From Candidatus Nomurabacteria bacterium (GTDB lineage Bacteria > Patescibacteriota > Minisyncoccia > Phycocordibacterales > UBA5272): DNA of 64,000 nt. The position numbers and the translations under genes are program-made. Positions 63,202 to 64,000 of the stretch are shown here, in pieces. How positions within the stretch are numbered: the first letter of the stretch is position 1; each line of letters begins with the position of its first letter. The DNA lies in assembly GCA_028286645.1 (NCBI GenBank), contig JAQBRF010000004.1, positions 273,536 through 337,535 of the forward strand, read 5' to 3'. The notes under the pieces are model-generated. The model saw only the letters and a list, made by a program, of their open reading frames with translations, did not search any database and was not told the DNA's origin.

Positions 63202-63789
63202 TTATTCCTTCCAATTAATTTTCTTTTCTTCACGTATTTGGCAGGTTCTGTTCACGAAAGAATCGCGACCGCTTCCTACCCTATACGCATTATAGTGTGT
63301 TGGATTATTTTCTGCATAATTCTGATGATATTCCTCCGCTTTATAAAATTCTTTTCTAGGAAGAATTTCTATAACGGCCGGCTTATCATAAACTTTCGAA
63401 TAATCTAATTCTTGGATTACATTTTCTGCGATGCGTTTTTCTTCTTCACTTTCATAAAAGATTGCAGTTTTATAACTTTCACCACGATCTGCAAACTGAC
63501 CTCCATCATCTATGGGATCAATGTGGTCTATAAAAAATTGCAGAAGCTTTTTATAGCTTGTGACTCCTCCTTTTACATTCGGACTGCTGTCCTCAGCATC
63601 TCCTCGGCCTCCCTCGTCGACATATTCCACCAAAACTACCTCTCGGTGGCCTTTGTGATTTTCATAAGTAGGCGTTGTGGTATCTCCGCCAGAATATCCA
63701 GAAATAACTGACATCACACCTATAGCCTCCTTTAAATCATGTTCAACACACCAGAAGCATCCCCCTCCTAAAATTAGAGATTTTATCAT
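63202..63789 (-). CDS. msrA: peptide-methionine (S)-S-oxide reductase MsrA
   Basis: GGGCFWCVE active-site motif. 195 aa. Confidence 0.9.
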   Translation of the reverse strand: MIKSLILGGGCFWCVEHDLKEAIGVMSVISGYSGGDTTTPTYENHKGHREVVLVEYVDEGGRGDAEDSSPNVKGGVTSYKKLLQFFIDHIDPIDDGGQFADRGESYKTAIFYESEEEKRIAENVIQELDYSKVYDKPAVIEILPRKEFYKAEEYHQNYAENNPTHYNAYRVGSGRDSFVNRTCQIREEKKINWKE

Positions 63790-63850
63790 ACATAAATCAT
63801 AGCATAATGCCTTAACATAGACCCCTTTTTATGATAACATATTGCTACTT

Positions 63851-63933
63851 GCGTAGGTGGTGGAGTGGTCAATCACAACAGACTGTAAATCTGTCGCCTT
63901 CGGGCTTCGCTGGTTCAAATCCAGCCCTACGCA
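63851..63933 (+). tRNA. tRNA-Tyr (anticodon GUA) with a long variable arm
   Basis: GCGTAGG...GTGGAGTGGTCAATCAC...ACAGA-CTGTAAA-TCTGT, a 14-nt variable stem-loop, then GCTGG-TTCAAAT-CCAGC-CCTACGC-A. Confidence 0.85.
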
Positions 63934-63937
63934 CATG

Positions 63938-63972
63938 AAATTAAAAGAACCACTTGGGTCCTTTTAATTTGT
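63938..63972 (+). terminator. hairpin AAAAGAACCACTTGGGTCCTTTT after tRNA-Tyr
   Basis: Imperfect palindrome followed by a T-run. Confidence 0.4.
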
Positions 63973-64000
63973 TATTAATTCTTTTCTACTGGTTCACTGG

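Noticed and set aside
1-64000. CRISPR array or cas genes
   Set aside because: No regularly spaced direct repeats of 24-48 bp with unique spacers were seen anywhere. The only tandem array, at 60835..60990, is coding.

Overview
The window is AT-rich (about one third G+C by eye) and gene-dense, with about 90% of genes on the minus strand. Proteins are small and streamlined. It looks like a reduced-genome bacterium, possibly Patescibacteria/CPR-like; that is inference only, since no rRNA is present.

Housekeeping genes recognised from motifs:
- nucleotide metabolism and transport: CTP synthase (pyrG), an MsbA-like ABC exporter
- cell division and chromosome: ftsE/ftsX, a short SMC, RarA
- translation and RNA: RF2 (prfB), trmD, rpsP plus the KH protein, RNase R, mnmA, LeuRS
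- redox and metal: msrA/msrB, Bcp, a DsbA-like protein, a Fur-family regulator with a ZIP transporter
- other: DnaQ-like exonuclease, MltG, a PAP2 phosphatase
- RNA genes: four tRNAs, namely Gln-CUG, Thr-CGU, Thr-GGU and Tyr-GUA

Things that stand out:
1. A tightly coupled two-gene operon at 19.1-22.7 kb encodes an N-terminal PHP phosphoesterase fused to an OLD/SbcC-like ABC ATPase with a long coiled coil, plus a 285-aa partner. It sits in a mosaic accessory island (13.7-24.5 kb) next to a scarred tRNA-Gln locus. It is a candidate uncharacterised nuclease-ATPase defence or repair system.
2. At least 13 small, strikingly G+C-rich single-gene cassettes are scattered through the AT-rich backbone. 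Each has its own SD-like RBS and a GC-rich intrinsic terminator. One splits the rpsP-KH-trmD operon.
3. LeuRS carries a complete ~155-aa NUDIX hydrolase domain inserted between the editing domain and the second half of the catalytic core.
4. There is a family of MITE-like elements with TAGATTTTAGA-type terminal inverted repeats.
5. Both tRNA-Gln and tRNA-Thr(GGU) have 21-bp att-like direct repeats.
6. A duplicated P-loop NTPase gene pair flanks a 3.7-kb mosaic. Inside it, a GST-HxlR module is bounded by 20-bp direct repeats.
7. A 38-nt leader abutting the start codon is shared by rarA and msrB.
8. A G8 tract lies in a surface beta-helix gene and an A8/T8 tract in the PHP-ATPase gene.

All calls are from reading the sequence and the six-frame track. 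No searches were run.
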